Numbered from the stretch's first letter, positions 43,503 to 52,700 are shown. The stretch: DNA of 57,452 nt from Gemmatimonadota bacterium (GCA_043744185.1 JAYTVE010000400.1:1-57452); one strand, 5' to 3'. Translations and numbers: made by a program. Notes: generated by a model from the sequence alone, not told the origin.

Positions 43503-43538
43503 CCAGACGGAAGCCCCCCAGCCCCCCGGGATTGTGGT

Positions 43539-44303
43539 CTAGTAGCCCAACCGATCCACGCAGTGGGGGAGCATCTTACGCCACCATGGCCAGTCGTGGT
43601 TCACGTCGTACCCCCACAGGTCGAGCTGGTGAGGAATCCCCCTGGCACCGAGGGCGTCGGCGAGCCGGCGTGAGGCATCGGGCACCTCATACGCGCCTTG
43701 GCCAGTCACGATGCAGATGCGGCTGTGATGGCGCAGCAACTCGAGGTTCCGACCGGACAGCCCCGACAGGTACCAGAGCGGGTTGTTGAAGAAACAGTTG
43801 TCGTCGGAGTAGCCGCGGAAGTACGACTTGGAGAGGTCGTAGAAACCGCTCATCGCGATGAGCGAATCGAAGAGGTCCGGACGACGCAGCATGCAGTTGG
43901 CCGCGTGAAAGGCGCCGAAGCTGGCGCCGGTCGTCAGGATCCGCGCGCCGCCGTCGCCGCACATGCGGCGGATGTGCGGCACGACTTCGTCCTCTACATA
44001 GCGCACGTAGAGCGCCTGCCGACGCGCCGACTCCGGGACCGGCACCTTCTTGTCCATCCAGGCATGCGCATTGATGGAGTCGATCGAGAAGACGCGCACG
44101 CGCCCCGCAAACAGGAGCGGCTCCAGTGCCTTGATCAGGAAGAAGCGTTCGTTTTCGAGATAGTCCGCCGCTGCCGTGGGAAAGAGCAGGATCGGCTTGC
44201 CCGCGTGGCCGTACTCGACGATCGGCATGTCCATGCCAAGAGCGGGGCTGCGCCAGCCGAAGAGAACGCGGCGCAGCGAAGGATCAACGAACTGGAAGGC
44301 CAT
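43539..44303 (-). CDS. esterase-family alpha/beta hydrolase
   Basis: Putative-esterase (esterase D-like) layout with the nucleophile elbow GASFGAF and no signal peptide. Confidence 0.75.
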   Translation of the reverse strand: MAFQFVDPSLRRVLFGWRSPALGMDMPIVEYGHAGKPILLFPTAAADYLENERFFLIKALEPLLFAGRVRVFSIDSINAHAWMDKKVPVPESARRQALYVRYVEDEVVPHIRRMCGDGGARILTTGASFGAFHAANCMLRRPDLFDSLIAMSGFYDLSKSYFRGYSDDNCFFNNPLWYLSGLSGRNLELLRHHSRICIVTGQGAYEVPDASRRLADALGARGIPHQLDLWGYDVNHDWPWWRKMLPHCVDRLGY

Positions 44304-44343
44304 GTCGGGTGGGAGGTTGGGCGGAGGGGGTGGGCCGAGGCGC

Positions 44344-44928
44344 TCAGCGCTGCTCGGCGATCTTCACTTGGACCATCGTGGCGATGCGCTTCTCGAGGTC
44401 GCCAAGGCTGGTGCAGCGGACGTCGGCGCCGCTAAACGAAACGGGACGACCGGAGGCCTGCACGAGAGTCGCGAGCGTGCTGGTTCCATCGCCGTTGTCC
44501 TTCACTTCGGATGAGACGGACATCGTGATCTGATAGCTGTCCGAGTTCGGTTCCCCGAGCTGAGCGCCACAATCGAGCAGCCGGCGCATCTGGAGCGACC
44601 CGAGGCGCGCCCGCGCCTTGAACTCGAGGTTGCCGAGCATCCGATCCTTGCTCACCATGGTGGTGACAGGGATGCTGAGCGCCTCGTAGGCGGCCGGCAG
44701 TGCGCCGAACACCTTGTCGACCGCGATCGCGATGCGCGTGGTGGCCGCCTGCACGACGGATGTCATCCCGCTCCCGATGGACATGCTGTTCTGTCCGCCG
44801 GTCTGGATGATGTTCTGCGTGTTCTGCACCACCATCACGGCGGGTTCGCTGGACGATTCGGTGGATGCGCCGCCCGAGGCACAGGCAACGAGCAGGAGGG
44901 CAGGGAGGCAGCGGGCGAAGCGAGGCAT
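44344..44928 (-). CDS. hypothetical lipoprotein
   Basis: MPRFARCLPALLLVACAS lipobox. Start re-set to ATG 44928. No family recognised. Confidence 0.6.
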   Translation of the reverse strand: MPRFARCLPALLLVACASGGASTESSSEPAVMVVQNTQNIIQTGGQNSMSIGSGMTSVVQAATTRIAIAVDKVFGALPAAYEALSIPVTTMVSKDRMLGNLEFKARARLGSLQMRRLLDCGAQLGEPNSDSYQITMSVSSEVKDNGDGTSTLATLVQASGRPVSFSGADVRCTSLGDLEKRIATMVQVKIAEQR

Positions 44929-45063
44929 GTCGGCAGCCGAGCTCGGGGGAGGCGGGATCCGGGCGCGCTGCGCTCGGAAGTGGCAATATGGAGGGCGGGC
45001 TCGGCCGCGCCAAATGGCCGTGCTGTCAGGTGAACCGGGACGGATCACTCACGGAGGAACACG

Positions 45064-46074
45064 ATGATGCGACGTGAAATGGCTGCATGCCTGCTGGCGA
45101 TGCTCTGGCCGCTCACTGCGCCCGCGCAGGGCGTGTCTGGATTGGTCCCGACGCATGAGTGGACCGTGCCGTGGGAGAAGTCGCGACCGCGCGATCCCGC
45201 GGTCGCGGCAGACGGCGCGATCTGGTTCGTGGGCCAGGTCGGGAACTACGTGGCCCGGCTCGACCCTGGCACGGGCACCTTCACGCGTTTCGAGGTAGAT
45301 CCCGACACGCACCCTCACACGGTGATCGTGGACAAGGCAGGCCAGATATGGTATTCCGGCAACGCGAACGGCATGATCGGACGCCTCGACCCCGCGACGC
45401 GCGTGATCACGCGCTACCCGATGCCTGATCCGAAGGCGAAGGATCCGCACACGATGGTGTTCGATCCCGCCGGTGACCTGTGGTTCACGGTGCAGAACGG
45501 CGGTTTCGTCGGGCGCCTCAGCGTCAAGAGCGGCGCGGTTCGCTTGATTGCCATGCCGACACCCGGCGCACGCCCCTACGGCATCGTGATGGACGCGTCC
45601 GGCCATCCATGGTTCTGCGAGTTCGGCACGAACAAGATCGGCACCGTGGATCCCGCGACCATGCTACTGACCGAATACGCGCTCGCCGACTCCAACGCGC
45701 ATCCGCGGCGCATCGCCCGAACCCGCGATGGGCGTGTGTGGATCGTGGATTACACACGCGGCTACCTGTCGGTGCTCGACCCCCGCACGAAGAAGGTCGA
45801 GGAATGGCTCGCTCCAATGGGAAAGGGCGCCCTGCCCTATGCGCTCACCGTGGACGACCAGGACCGGCTCTGGTTCGTGGAGACCGGCGCACAGCCGAAC
45901 CGCCTCGTGGGCTTCGACCCGCACACTCGGCAATTCACGACGCCGACGCCGATCGAGAGTGGTGGTGGCACCGTGCGCCAAATGGTCTTTGATTCGAAGA
46001 CGGGGACGATCTGGTTCGGCACCGACAACAACACGATCGGGAAGGCGGTGGTGCGCCCGAAGCCGATTTCGTAG
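45064..46074 (+). CDS. Vgb (streptogramin lyase)-like beta-propeller protein, secreted
   Basis: Signal peptide plus repeated blades of the form G.IWF....N.IGRLDP.TG..T.Y..P (for example NGMIGRLDPATRVITRYPMP and NKIGTVDPATMLLTEYAL). Confidence 0.8.
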   Translation: MMRREMAACLLAMLWPLTAPAQGVSGLVPTHEWTVPWEKSRPRDPAVAADGAIWFVGQVGNYVARLDPGTGTFTRFEVDPDTHPHTVIVDKAGQIWYSGNANGMIGRLDPATRVITRYPMPDPKAKDPHTMVFDPAGDLWFTVQNGGFVGRLSVKSGAVRLIAMPTPGARPYGIVMDASGHPWFCEFGTNKIGTVDPATMLLTEYALADSNAHPRRIARTRDGRVWIVDYTRGYLSVLDPRTKKVEEWLAPMGKGALPYALTVDDQDRLWFVETGAQPNRLVGFDPHTRQFTTPTPIESGGGTVRQMVFDSKTGTIWFGTDNNTIGKAVVRPKPIS

Positions 46075-46136
46075 CGCATCTTGTCATCATTGCGGCCGTC
46101 GACGTGTGACCGACGGTCGCGCGTCGCGATGCGTGA

Positions 46137-47717
46137 TCACTTCTTGGGAGCCAGCAACTCCCTTTCACGGCCGAGCGCCTGCAGGGCGGCTTCGACCTCC
46201 GGGTCGAGGAGCGCGCGCATGCGGTACGTCCCGCGTTCGTTCCCGACTGCGCCAGCGAGAGTGATCAGCAGGTTGCGTGTGAGCCGGGCCTCGTCCGCGT
46301 CGGCGGGCAGCGTTTGTCCCGCCTGCGACGCGAAGGTGCGGAAGGCGGCGAGCGCCCCGGCGGGCAGCTGCTTGGCCGCCTCGAGGGCCTCGAGCGTGGG
46401 CTTCGTGGTCGCGCCGTCCACGTAGGCACGCGCCCACCGCGTGATGATGTCCTCCTCGACGAGCCGCGCGAGCCAGGTGGGGGCGCCGACGCGGTCGGGG
46501 AGAAGAACGTCAGGTACGATGCCGCCGCCGCCGTACACGGTGCGACCGCGGTCCGTTTTGCACGTGGGGCGTCCGACGGTGTCGCGATCGGCGCGCGCGA
46601 GGCGGAAGTACTCGCGTCGCGACACGTCGCGATACGCCCGCTGCAGCGTGCGGCCGCACGGTGTCTGCACCGATCCCATGACAAGCACGATCGTGGAGCC
46701 GTCGGCCATCGGGAAGCCCTGCATCATGAGCGACTTGCCGAAAGACGGACGACCGACGATGACCGCACGGTCGTGGTCCTGCAGCGCGCCCGCGACCAGC
46801 TCGCTCGCGCTCGCCGTGCCACTGTTGACCATCACCGCAATAGGGTAGGCGCGCGGACCGCTCCACAGCGCGCGTTCAACTCGACCGGTATCGATCGCCT
46901 CCTTCTTGCGACCCTTGCTGGTGTAGACGATGGAGCCGCGCGGCAGGAACTCGCCTGCGATGTGCGCCGCTTCCTTCACGAGACCGCCGCCATTGTCGCG
47001 CAAGTCGAGCACGAGGCTCGTGATCTTCTGGGCGTCGAGTGTGGCCAGCGCCTTGTGGAGGTCGTCGGCCACCTTGTCGTTCGAGAAGGTCGTGATGCGC
47101 ACGTACCCGACGCCGGGTGCAAGCTGCATGACCGCAGGCACGGCCGTGGCCGCTGCTTCGCTGCGCTCGCGCCTCACGGTACGCTCGAGTCGCGCATATG
47201 TGCCGTCACTGCGCATGCGCTCGAACACGAGCACGAGCGTGCTGCCCTTCTGCCCCGCGAGCGTGAGGTCCAGTTCGACCGGGTTGTCGGCGACGATCGC
47301 CTTGCCGTCGACGAGCACGAGCTCATCGCCGGGCTGGATGTCGGCGCGGGACGCCATGGTACCCGGGTAGACGAACGCGACAGTCGGCGCTCCGCGCGAG
47401 AAGTCCCAGTCGATGGGCACCGACTCGATCTTCCTGTCGGCGAACTCCTTCTCCTTCTCGGGCGACATGCGAACGGCCGAGACCACGTACGAGTGTGGGT
47501 CAGCCGCGTGCACCATGCCATTGATCGCGGCCATGAACAGATCGTGCGTGTCGAGCGAGTCCGGGTGGTTGACCCGGATCTGGTTGAGCACCTGGCTGAA
47601 CAGCTGCAGGTCTTCGTACGCGGTGCGCTTCCGCGTCACGCGCGCGGTGGAGTCCTGCGCTCCGGCGGTGGCACAGGCAATCATGGCGATCGCCGCAAGC
47701 AGGACGGGGCGAGGCAT
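46137..47717 (-). CDS. S41-family (tail-specific / C-terminal processing) peptidase
   Basis: Ser/Lys dyad context VNSGTASASELVAGALQDHDRAVIVGRPSFGKS. Signal peptide MPRPVLLAAIAMIACATAGA. ATG 47717 shares a base with the upstream TGA. Confidence 0.88.
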   Translation of the reverse strand: MPRPVLLAAIAMIACATAGAQDSTARVTRKRTAYEDLQLFSQVLNQIRVNHPDSLDTHDLFMAAINGMVHAADPHSYVVSAVRMSPEKEKEFADRKIESVPIDWDFSRGAPTVAFVYPGTMASRADIQPGDELVLVDGKAIVADNPVELDLTLAGQKGSTLVLVFERMRSDGTYARLERTVRRERSEAAATAVPAVMQLAPGVGYVRITTFSNDKVADDLHKALATLDAQKITSLVLDLRDNGGGLVKEAAHIAGEFLPRGSIVYTSKGRKKEAIDTGRVERALWSGPRAYPIAVMVNSGTASASELVAGALQDHDRAVIVGRPSFGKSLMMQGFPMADGSTIVLVMGSVQTPCGRTLQRAYRDVSRREYFRLARADRDTVGRPTCKTDRGRTVYGGGGIVPDVLLPDRVGAPTWLARLVEEDIITRWARAYVDGATTKPTLEALEAAKQLPAGALAAFRTFASQAGQTLPADADEARLTRNLLITLAGAVGNERGTYRMRALLDPEVEAALQALGRERELLAPKK

Positions 47718-48931
47718 CAACGAAGCTCCGGAGGGTTGGTCGGCGGCGTGCCAATCGCCGCCATGCGCTCCAGTGCAAACGGTCGCTGCGCATCATCGCG
47801 GCGCGATCGTGCCAGAAAATCCCTGTAGAGCGTGCGCGCGTCGTCCTTGAGGTCACTTGAGTCATACAGACGAGCCAAGAGCATGTACGGGTCCGGGTAC
47901 CAAGGCTCCGTCTCGATCACCTTGCGCAATTCCGGCACGGCTTCGGGCAGGCGGCCCGCGCGCGTGAGGACCACGGCATACTGATAGCGCAGTACCGCGT
48001 TGTTCGGCGCGACCTCCGTGGCAAGCCGCAGCTCCGAGAGCGCCGTCGTCGTGTCGCCGGCGCCAAGCGCCAGGAGACCGATGCGCTGATGTGCCACGAA
48101 CAGCGAGAGGTCCTCCACCAAGGCACGGCCATAGGCTTCGCGTGCCTGAGCCAGATTGCCACGCATTTCGTGCACGAAGCCGGTCATGTACTCGTAGACG
48201 GCCTTCGGCTTGTAGAAGCGGACGAGGCGATCCTTGTTGCGCTCGGCGGCGCCGGCCACCTTGATCGCCTCGGCGAAGTACTTGAACGCGCTGTCCGGCT
48301 CGAGCAGTCGCATGTGCAGTTCGGCGCGCCGGGCAAGATAGGCATCGTTCTTCGGTTCCCTGCGACTTGCCAACGCGTAGAAGTCGAGCGCCTCCCGGTA
48401 GCGGCCGGCCGAGTAGAAGAGCCACGCCTTCCAGCTCGGGCCGAACGTGCTGATCTGCTCCTCGATCTCGCGCTTTGCCTGCATCGAACCGTCGCTGTGG
48501 ATGCGCAGGTCGTAGTAGGCGATCAGCAGCGTCTTGTCCCACACCCGCTGCAGGAACGGATCGAGTCCGAACGAGAGCGCGTAGATCGAATCCACCATCT
48601 TGTCGCTTTCACGCTCCTGCTGGTTGCCGCCGCCATCGAAGTGGATGGCGAGCAAGTCGTGATCATCGAGCATCTGCGCAACGACGCGCCCGTAGTGCGC
48701 GCTCGCGAGGTCGGGTTGCAGGCGCGCGGACCAGTAGAACGCACGCATCGCGACGCCCGCGTCATTCTCGAGCTCGCGGCGTCCAAGGTCGAGGTAGGCC
48801 TGTGCGTCGTTGGTGTCGACGCCGGTTGCGAGCTTCGGCCGCTTCGGATTCGGCTGCTGCGCCGCTGCACTCGGCGCCGCAAAGCCGAGCAGGAGCAGGC
48901 CCAACACAAAGGCGCGGAAAATCACGCGCAC
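47717..48931 (-). CDS. TPR-repeat protein, secreted
   Basis: Multiple TPR-like helices (AQAYLDLGRREL, YREALDFYALASRREPKN, LAQAREAYGRALVED, ...). GTG 48931 gives the signal peptide (M)RVIFRAFVLGLLLLGFAAPSAAA/Q. The longer starts at 49039 and 49075 cannot be excluded. Confidence 0.7.
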   Translation of the reverse strand: MRVIFRAFVLGLLLLGFAAPSAAAQQPNPKRPKLATGVDTNDAQAYLDLGRRELENDAGVAMRAFYWSARLQPDLASAHYGRVVAQMLDDHDLLAIHFDGGGNQQERESDKMVDSIYALSFGLDPFLQRVWDKTLLIAYYDLRIHSDGSMQAKREIEEQISTFGPSWKAWLFYSAGRYREALDFYALASRREPKNDAYLARRAELHMRLLEPDSAFKYFAEAIKVAGAAERNKDRLVRFYKPKAVYEYMTGFVHEMRGNLAQAREAYGRALVEDLSLFVAHQRIGLLALGAGDTTTALSELRLATEVAPNNAVLRYQYAVVLTRAGRLPEAVPELRKVIETEPWYPDPYMLLARLYDSSDLKDDARTLYRDFLARSRRDDAQRPFALERMAAIGTPPTNPPELR

Positions 48932-49093
48932 TCTCCAGACCGGGGTGGGGTCACGTGTGACAGCCTGCGCATCGTCGCGCGTAGCGTCGCCTTCATTCCA
49001 ATCTTGCACGCCGAGAGGGCGATACGCGAGAGGGGACATGCGCGCTCCACCTGACGGGACAGCGCATTGCGCCACCAGGCTGGCGAGAATGCC

Positions 49094-50068
49094 CTACCAG
49101 TCGTGCGGACGTCGCCAGACGCGCTTGTCCACCGGGAACGGCTTTCGCAGGCTGAACTGGCCGCCCCCGAAGTGCTCGTCGCTTGCGATCACCTCGGCCA
49201 TGCTCGATGCCTTGGCGCTCGACTCATCGGCCCAGTGCAGGATTTCCGCCTCCACCGTCATCGGCGGCACGGCGGCTCCGTACTCGGGAATGCCGTGGTG
49301 CGACTGGATGAAGTGGTGCAACTCGAGGGCCTGCGACTCGCTGACCGTGGCTGGCGGAAGCGTCAGCAGGCGACGCTCGAGCATGAGTGAACCGAGCACG
49401 ATGTGACCGAGCAGATACCCCGATTGCGTGAAGGTGAAGCCGCCCGGCTCGATGCCGTACGACTCGACCTTGCCGATGTCATGCAGCAACGAGGCCGCGA
49501 CGACCAGTTCGGCGTTCGCCCCCATGACGTTCGCGATCCCCTTGCCGATGCGTGCGACCTCGACGACGTGCAACAGCAGTCCGCCCACGAGAGCGTGATG
49601 GCCGCGCGGCGCACCGGGCGTGCGCTGGAACTCCGAGCGGAAGGCATCGTCCCGGAAGAAGAGCTCGACCACCGCCTTGAGCGGCTTCGACTTGATCGCG
49701 GCGAGTTCCTTGTCGATCCAGTCCCACAGCTTGACCGGATCGTCAGTGATGCTCGGCAGGAAGTCGTTCAGCGAGAGCCCGTCCATCGGGAGCAAGCGCA
49801 GCGGCCCGCTCAGGTCGAGCTGGCGCTTGTCCTTGTAGCTGGTGACCGTGCCTAGGACCTGGACGAGCTTGCCCGGCACGACGCCCTCGACCCAGTCGAG
49901 CTTTTCCTGCCACGTGGGGGCGACGTCGAGTGAACCCGTGCGGTTGCCGAGTGTGAGCGTGACGAACGGCTTGCCATCCTTGGTGGCGCGCTCGTCGCGG
50001 GCCTGCACCATGAGGGCATGCTGGACGCGGTCGCCTTTCTTGAGCTTGGTGAGGTCGAGGACGGACAT
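49094..50068 (-). CDS. OB-fold + HD-domain protein (YhaM-like 3'-5' exoribonuclease)
   Basis: N-terminal OB fold (DRVQHALMVQARDERATKDGKPFVTLTLGNRTG) and an HD domain (HHALVGGLLLHVVEV...ASLLHDIGK). Confidence 0.8.
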   Translation of the reverse strand: MSVLDLTKLKKGDRVQHALMVQARDERATKDGKPFVTLTLGNRTGSLDVAPTWQEKLDWVEGVVPGKLVQVLGTVTSYKDKRQLDLSGPLRLLPMDGLSLNDFLPSITDDPVKLWDWIDKELAAIKSKPLKAVVELFFRDDAFRSEFQRTPGAPRGHHALVGGLLLHVVEVARIGKGIANVMGANAELVVAASLLHDIGKVESYGIEPGGFTFTQSGYLLGHIVLGSLMLERRLLTLPPATVSESQALELHHFIQSHHGIPEYGAAVPPMTVEAEILHWADESSAKASSMAEVIASDEHFGGGQFSLRKPFPVDKRVWRRPHDW

Positions 50069-50134
50069 GGACGTCTGGTGGAGTGGCCGCGAGAAGACGA
50101 CGATGTACGAAATGCGGAGGGCGTCAGCCCACGG

Positions 50135-50359
50135 TCAGTTGGCGTACAGAACGTCACCCTCGTCGTCGAGCCCGAGCTCCGATTCCGCGCCGCAGACGCC
50201 GCAGCGGAGCATCACGTGCCACGATTCCTGCATTTCCTCCGACGCCGCCATCGTGGCCGGCGTGACCTTGACGCGCTTGTAGCTGTACTCGCCGCAACGC
50301 ACGCAGCCGTGGGCGCGCGCGATCTTTTCGGCCTGCTGTTCGGTGATGCGTTGCGTCAT
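50135..50359 (-). CDS. 74-aa Cys4 zinc-ribbon protein, translationally coupled to the SPFH gene
   Basis: CVRCGE...CGVCGA cysteine pairs. ATG 50359 overlaps the SPFH TGA (ATGA). Confidence 0.55.
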   Translation of the reverse strand: MTQRITEQQAEKIARAHGCVRCGEYSYKRVKVTPATMAASEEMQESWHVMLRCGVCGAESELGLDDEGDVLYAN

Positions 50360-51414
50360 TCGCGGCCCGGCTTCGGGCCTCCCTTCGGGTCGATGATGGC
50401 GCGGGCGGTGACCGCGGCCGTACGCGCGGTCGCTGCCACGTCATTCGCGGCGGAGTTGCTCTTGAGCAGTTCCTTGAGCCCACCGAGCGCCCCCATCACC
50501 CCTGCCGCTTCGGACGGCAGGAAGATCGTGGTCCCCTTGCCCTGCGCGATCTGGGGCAGGGCCTCGAGATACTTCATGCTGAGGAGGTACGTGGCCACGT
50601 CGCCATCCGGCAGCGCCGCCGCGATGCGCCGGATGGCTTCGGCTTCCGCGTCGGCCATCGCGATTCGCGCCTCGGCCAGGCCCTGTGCGCGCAGCACCGC
50701 CGCTTCCTTCTCGCCCTGCGCACGCAACGCCTGCGACTGCTGCGAGCCTTCCGACTCGAGGATTGCGGCGCGCTTGCTCGCCTCGGCGTTCGTGACGGCG
50801 GCGCGACGTTCGCGCTCGGCGCGCATCTGCAGCTCCATCGACTGCTGGATGTCGCGCGGCGGCTCGATGGATTGGAGCTCGACGCGCGTCACGTCCACGC
50901 CCCACGACACAGCCGCCTCTTCGATGACCTCGCGCATGCGCTTGTTGATCATGTCGCGCGAGGCGAGTGTCTGGTCGAGCTCGATCTCGCCGACGATGTT
51001 GCGCAGCGTGGTGCGCGTGAGCGTCTCGAGCGCGAACGGCAGGTTCTGCACGGCGTACGTTGCCTTCTGCGGATCGGCGACGCGATAGTACAGGACCGCG
51101 TCGATGTCGATCGTGACGTTGTCCTTGGTGATCACCGGCTGGCTCGGGAAGTTCAGCACCTGCTCGCGCAGGTCGATGCGCGCGGTGGAACCCGCCGTGA
51201 TCTTCTTGATCCCGCTGGGATCGGCCTCGAAGTAGCGCACGTCGATCGTGCGCGGTCGCTCGACGAGCGGCAGGAGAACGTTCAACCCGGAGCGTGCGAG
51301 GCGATTGAAGCGCCCGAAGCGCTCGATGACCATGACCTCCGCCTGTCCGACGATCTTGAACGACGACAGGAGCAGTACGGCGGCAGCGGCGACGACGAGC
51401 CCGATGAATAGCAT
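50356..51414 (-). CDS. SPFH/Band-7 protein (stomatin/paraslipin-like)
   Basis: N-terminal TM segment MLFIGLVVAAAAVLLLS, then KIVGQAEVMVIERFGRFNRLARSGLNVLLP and a coiled Ala/Glu/Arg-rich region typical of stomatin-type SPFH proteins. Start re-set to ATG 51414. Confidence 0.9.
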   Translation of the reverse strand: MLFIGLVVAAAAVLLLSSFKIVGQAEVMVIERFGRFNRLARSGLNVLLPLVERPRTIDVRYFEADPSGIKKITAGSTARIDLREQVLNFPSQPVITKDNVTIDIDAVLYYRVADPQKATYAVQNLPFALETLTRTTLRNIVGEIELDQTLASRDMINKRMREVIEEAAVSWGVDVTRVELQSIEPPRDIQQSMELQMRAERERRAAVTNAEASKRAAILESEGSQQSQALRAQGEKEAAVLRAQGLAEARIAMADAEAEAIRRIAAALPDGDVATYLLSMKYLEALPQIAQGKGTTIFLPSEAAGVMGALGGLKELLKSNSAANDVAATARTAAVTARAIIDPKGGPKPGRE

Positions 51415-51565
51415 GCGATGGGGTGGGTGGGGTCGTCGGATAGTACGCGGCACGCGGGGGCGCGCGGTAGGGGCATGGGCGGCAACCCTCACGCGTCCGG
51501 GGGTGCCCAAGTGCGTGAGGGCAGCACACGTTGTCCCGCACTACGCTCACATCCGAGGTCACCGC

Positions 51566-52612
51566 ATGCATGCTCGCGTCACCGCCCTTGTCGGCTGGTT
51601 CGTCCCGGCCCTGCTTGCCGCGCAGGGACCGCCGACCGGCGCACCGCGCGCGCCGCGCGTTACGCAGGCCCAGCTCACGCAGCGCCTCGCCGCCGCCATG
51701 GATTCGCTCACGAAGAGCGGGGCGTTCTCCGGCGTGGTGCTGCTGGCACGGGACGGCGCGCCGGTGTGGGAACGTGCGTACGGGATGGCCGATCGTGCCA
51801 ATAAGCGGCCGAACACGATCGAAACCGCGTTCAACCTCGGCTCGATCAACAAGCTGTTCACGCAGATCGCCATCCGGCAGCTCACCAACGCCGGCAAGGT
51901 GAATCCCGACTCCACCATCTCCGCGTATTGGCCTGACTATCCGAATCAGGCGATCGTCAAGTCGGTGACGATCCGTCAGTTGCTGACGCATCGGGCAGGG
52001 CTAGGCGGCAATATTTTCGGTACACTCCCCGGCCAGGCGCGCTCGTCCATCCGCCACAACCGTGACTACCTGCCGCTGTTCGTGAACGAGGCGCCAGCCT
52101 TTGCGCCCGGCACGCAGCAGCAGTACTGCAACGCCTGCTATGTCGTGCTGGGCGAAATCGTGAGCCGCGTCTCAGGCGAGGACTACTACGAGTATGTGCG
52201 AGCACAGATCTACGCCCCGGCGGGGCTTGTTCGCACGGCGGCATGGGCGCCGGACTCGTTGCCGCCCAACACGGCCATTGGCTACACCACCGGTCGCGAG
52301 GACGCCCCCTCCAACGCGCCGCTCAGGGCGAATACCGACGAACTGCCTGGGCGTGGCAGCGCGGCCGGCGGCGGCTACAGCACGGCGCATGACCTGATGC
52401 GCTTCCTGCAGGCGCTGCGCGCGCAGAAGGTGCCGGGTGGCCCTCCGCCCGGCGTCGGTGTGGCGGGCGGCAGCGGCGGCATGAACGCTATCCTCGAGGG
52501 CGCGCTGCCGGGTGGATATGACCTGATCGTACTCGCGAACCTCGACCCGCCGAGCGCCGAAAGGGTGGCGCGCATGGTGCGTGCCTGGCTCGGTGGTGGC
52601 GACGACAACTAG
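51566..52612 (+). CDS. serine hydrolase / class-C beta-lactamase-family protein, secreted
   Basis: Signal peptide MHARVTALVGWFVPALLAA. SxxK motif in LGSINKLF and a YxN motif (YCN). Start re-set to ATG 51566. Confidence 0.85.
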   Translation: MHARVTALVGWFVPALLAAQGPPTGAPRAPRVTQAQLTQRLAAAMDSLTKSGAFSGVVLLARDGAPVWERAYGMADRANKRPNTIETAFNLGSINKLFTQIAIRQLTNAGKVNPDSTISAYWPDYPNQAIVKSVTIRQLLTHRAGLGGNIFGTLPGQARSSIRHNRDYLPLFVNEAPAFAPGTQQQYCNACYVVLGEIVSRVSGEDYYEYVRAQIYAPAGLVRTAAWAPDSLPPNTAIGYTTGREDAPSNAPLRANTDELPGRGSAAGGGYSTAHDLMRFLQALRAQKVPGGPPPGVGVAGGSGGMNAILEGALPGGYDLIVLANLDPPSAERVARMVRAWLGGGDDN

Positions 52613-52621
52613 CGTCGGTGT

Positions 52622-52700
52622 GCCGTGCCTGATGCCGTGCCCGATGCCGTGCCCGATGCCGTGCCCGACGCCGTGCCCGACGCCGTGCCCGACGCCGTCA
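52622..52700. repeat. 12-bp tandem repeat, 6.6 copies (GCCGTGCCCGAY)
   Basis: Units at 52622, 52634, 52646 (ending GAT) and at 52658, 52670, 52682 (ending GAC), plus a partial seventh. Apart from the terminal Y position (T in the first three units, C in the last three), only one substitution (unit 1). It fills the gap between the TAG at 52610-52612 (+) and the TAG at 52701-52703 (-). Confidence 0.95.

Noticed and set aside
51420-51439. G-rich run GGGGTGGGTGGGG in the SPFH2 / beta-lactamase-like divergent spacer as a G-quadruplex.
   Set aside because: There are only three G3+ runs within a short distance. The fourth partner is a GG, or a G5 more than 20 nt away. This is much weaker than the motif at 44307-44334.
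52622-52700. Possible CRISPR array.
   Set aside because: The units are 12 bp and directly abut with no spacers, and no cas genes are nearby. It is a simple tandem repeat.
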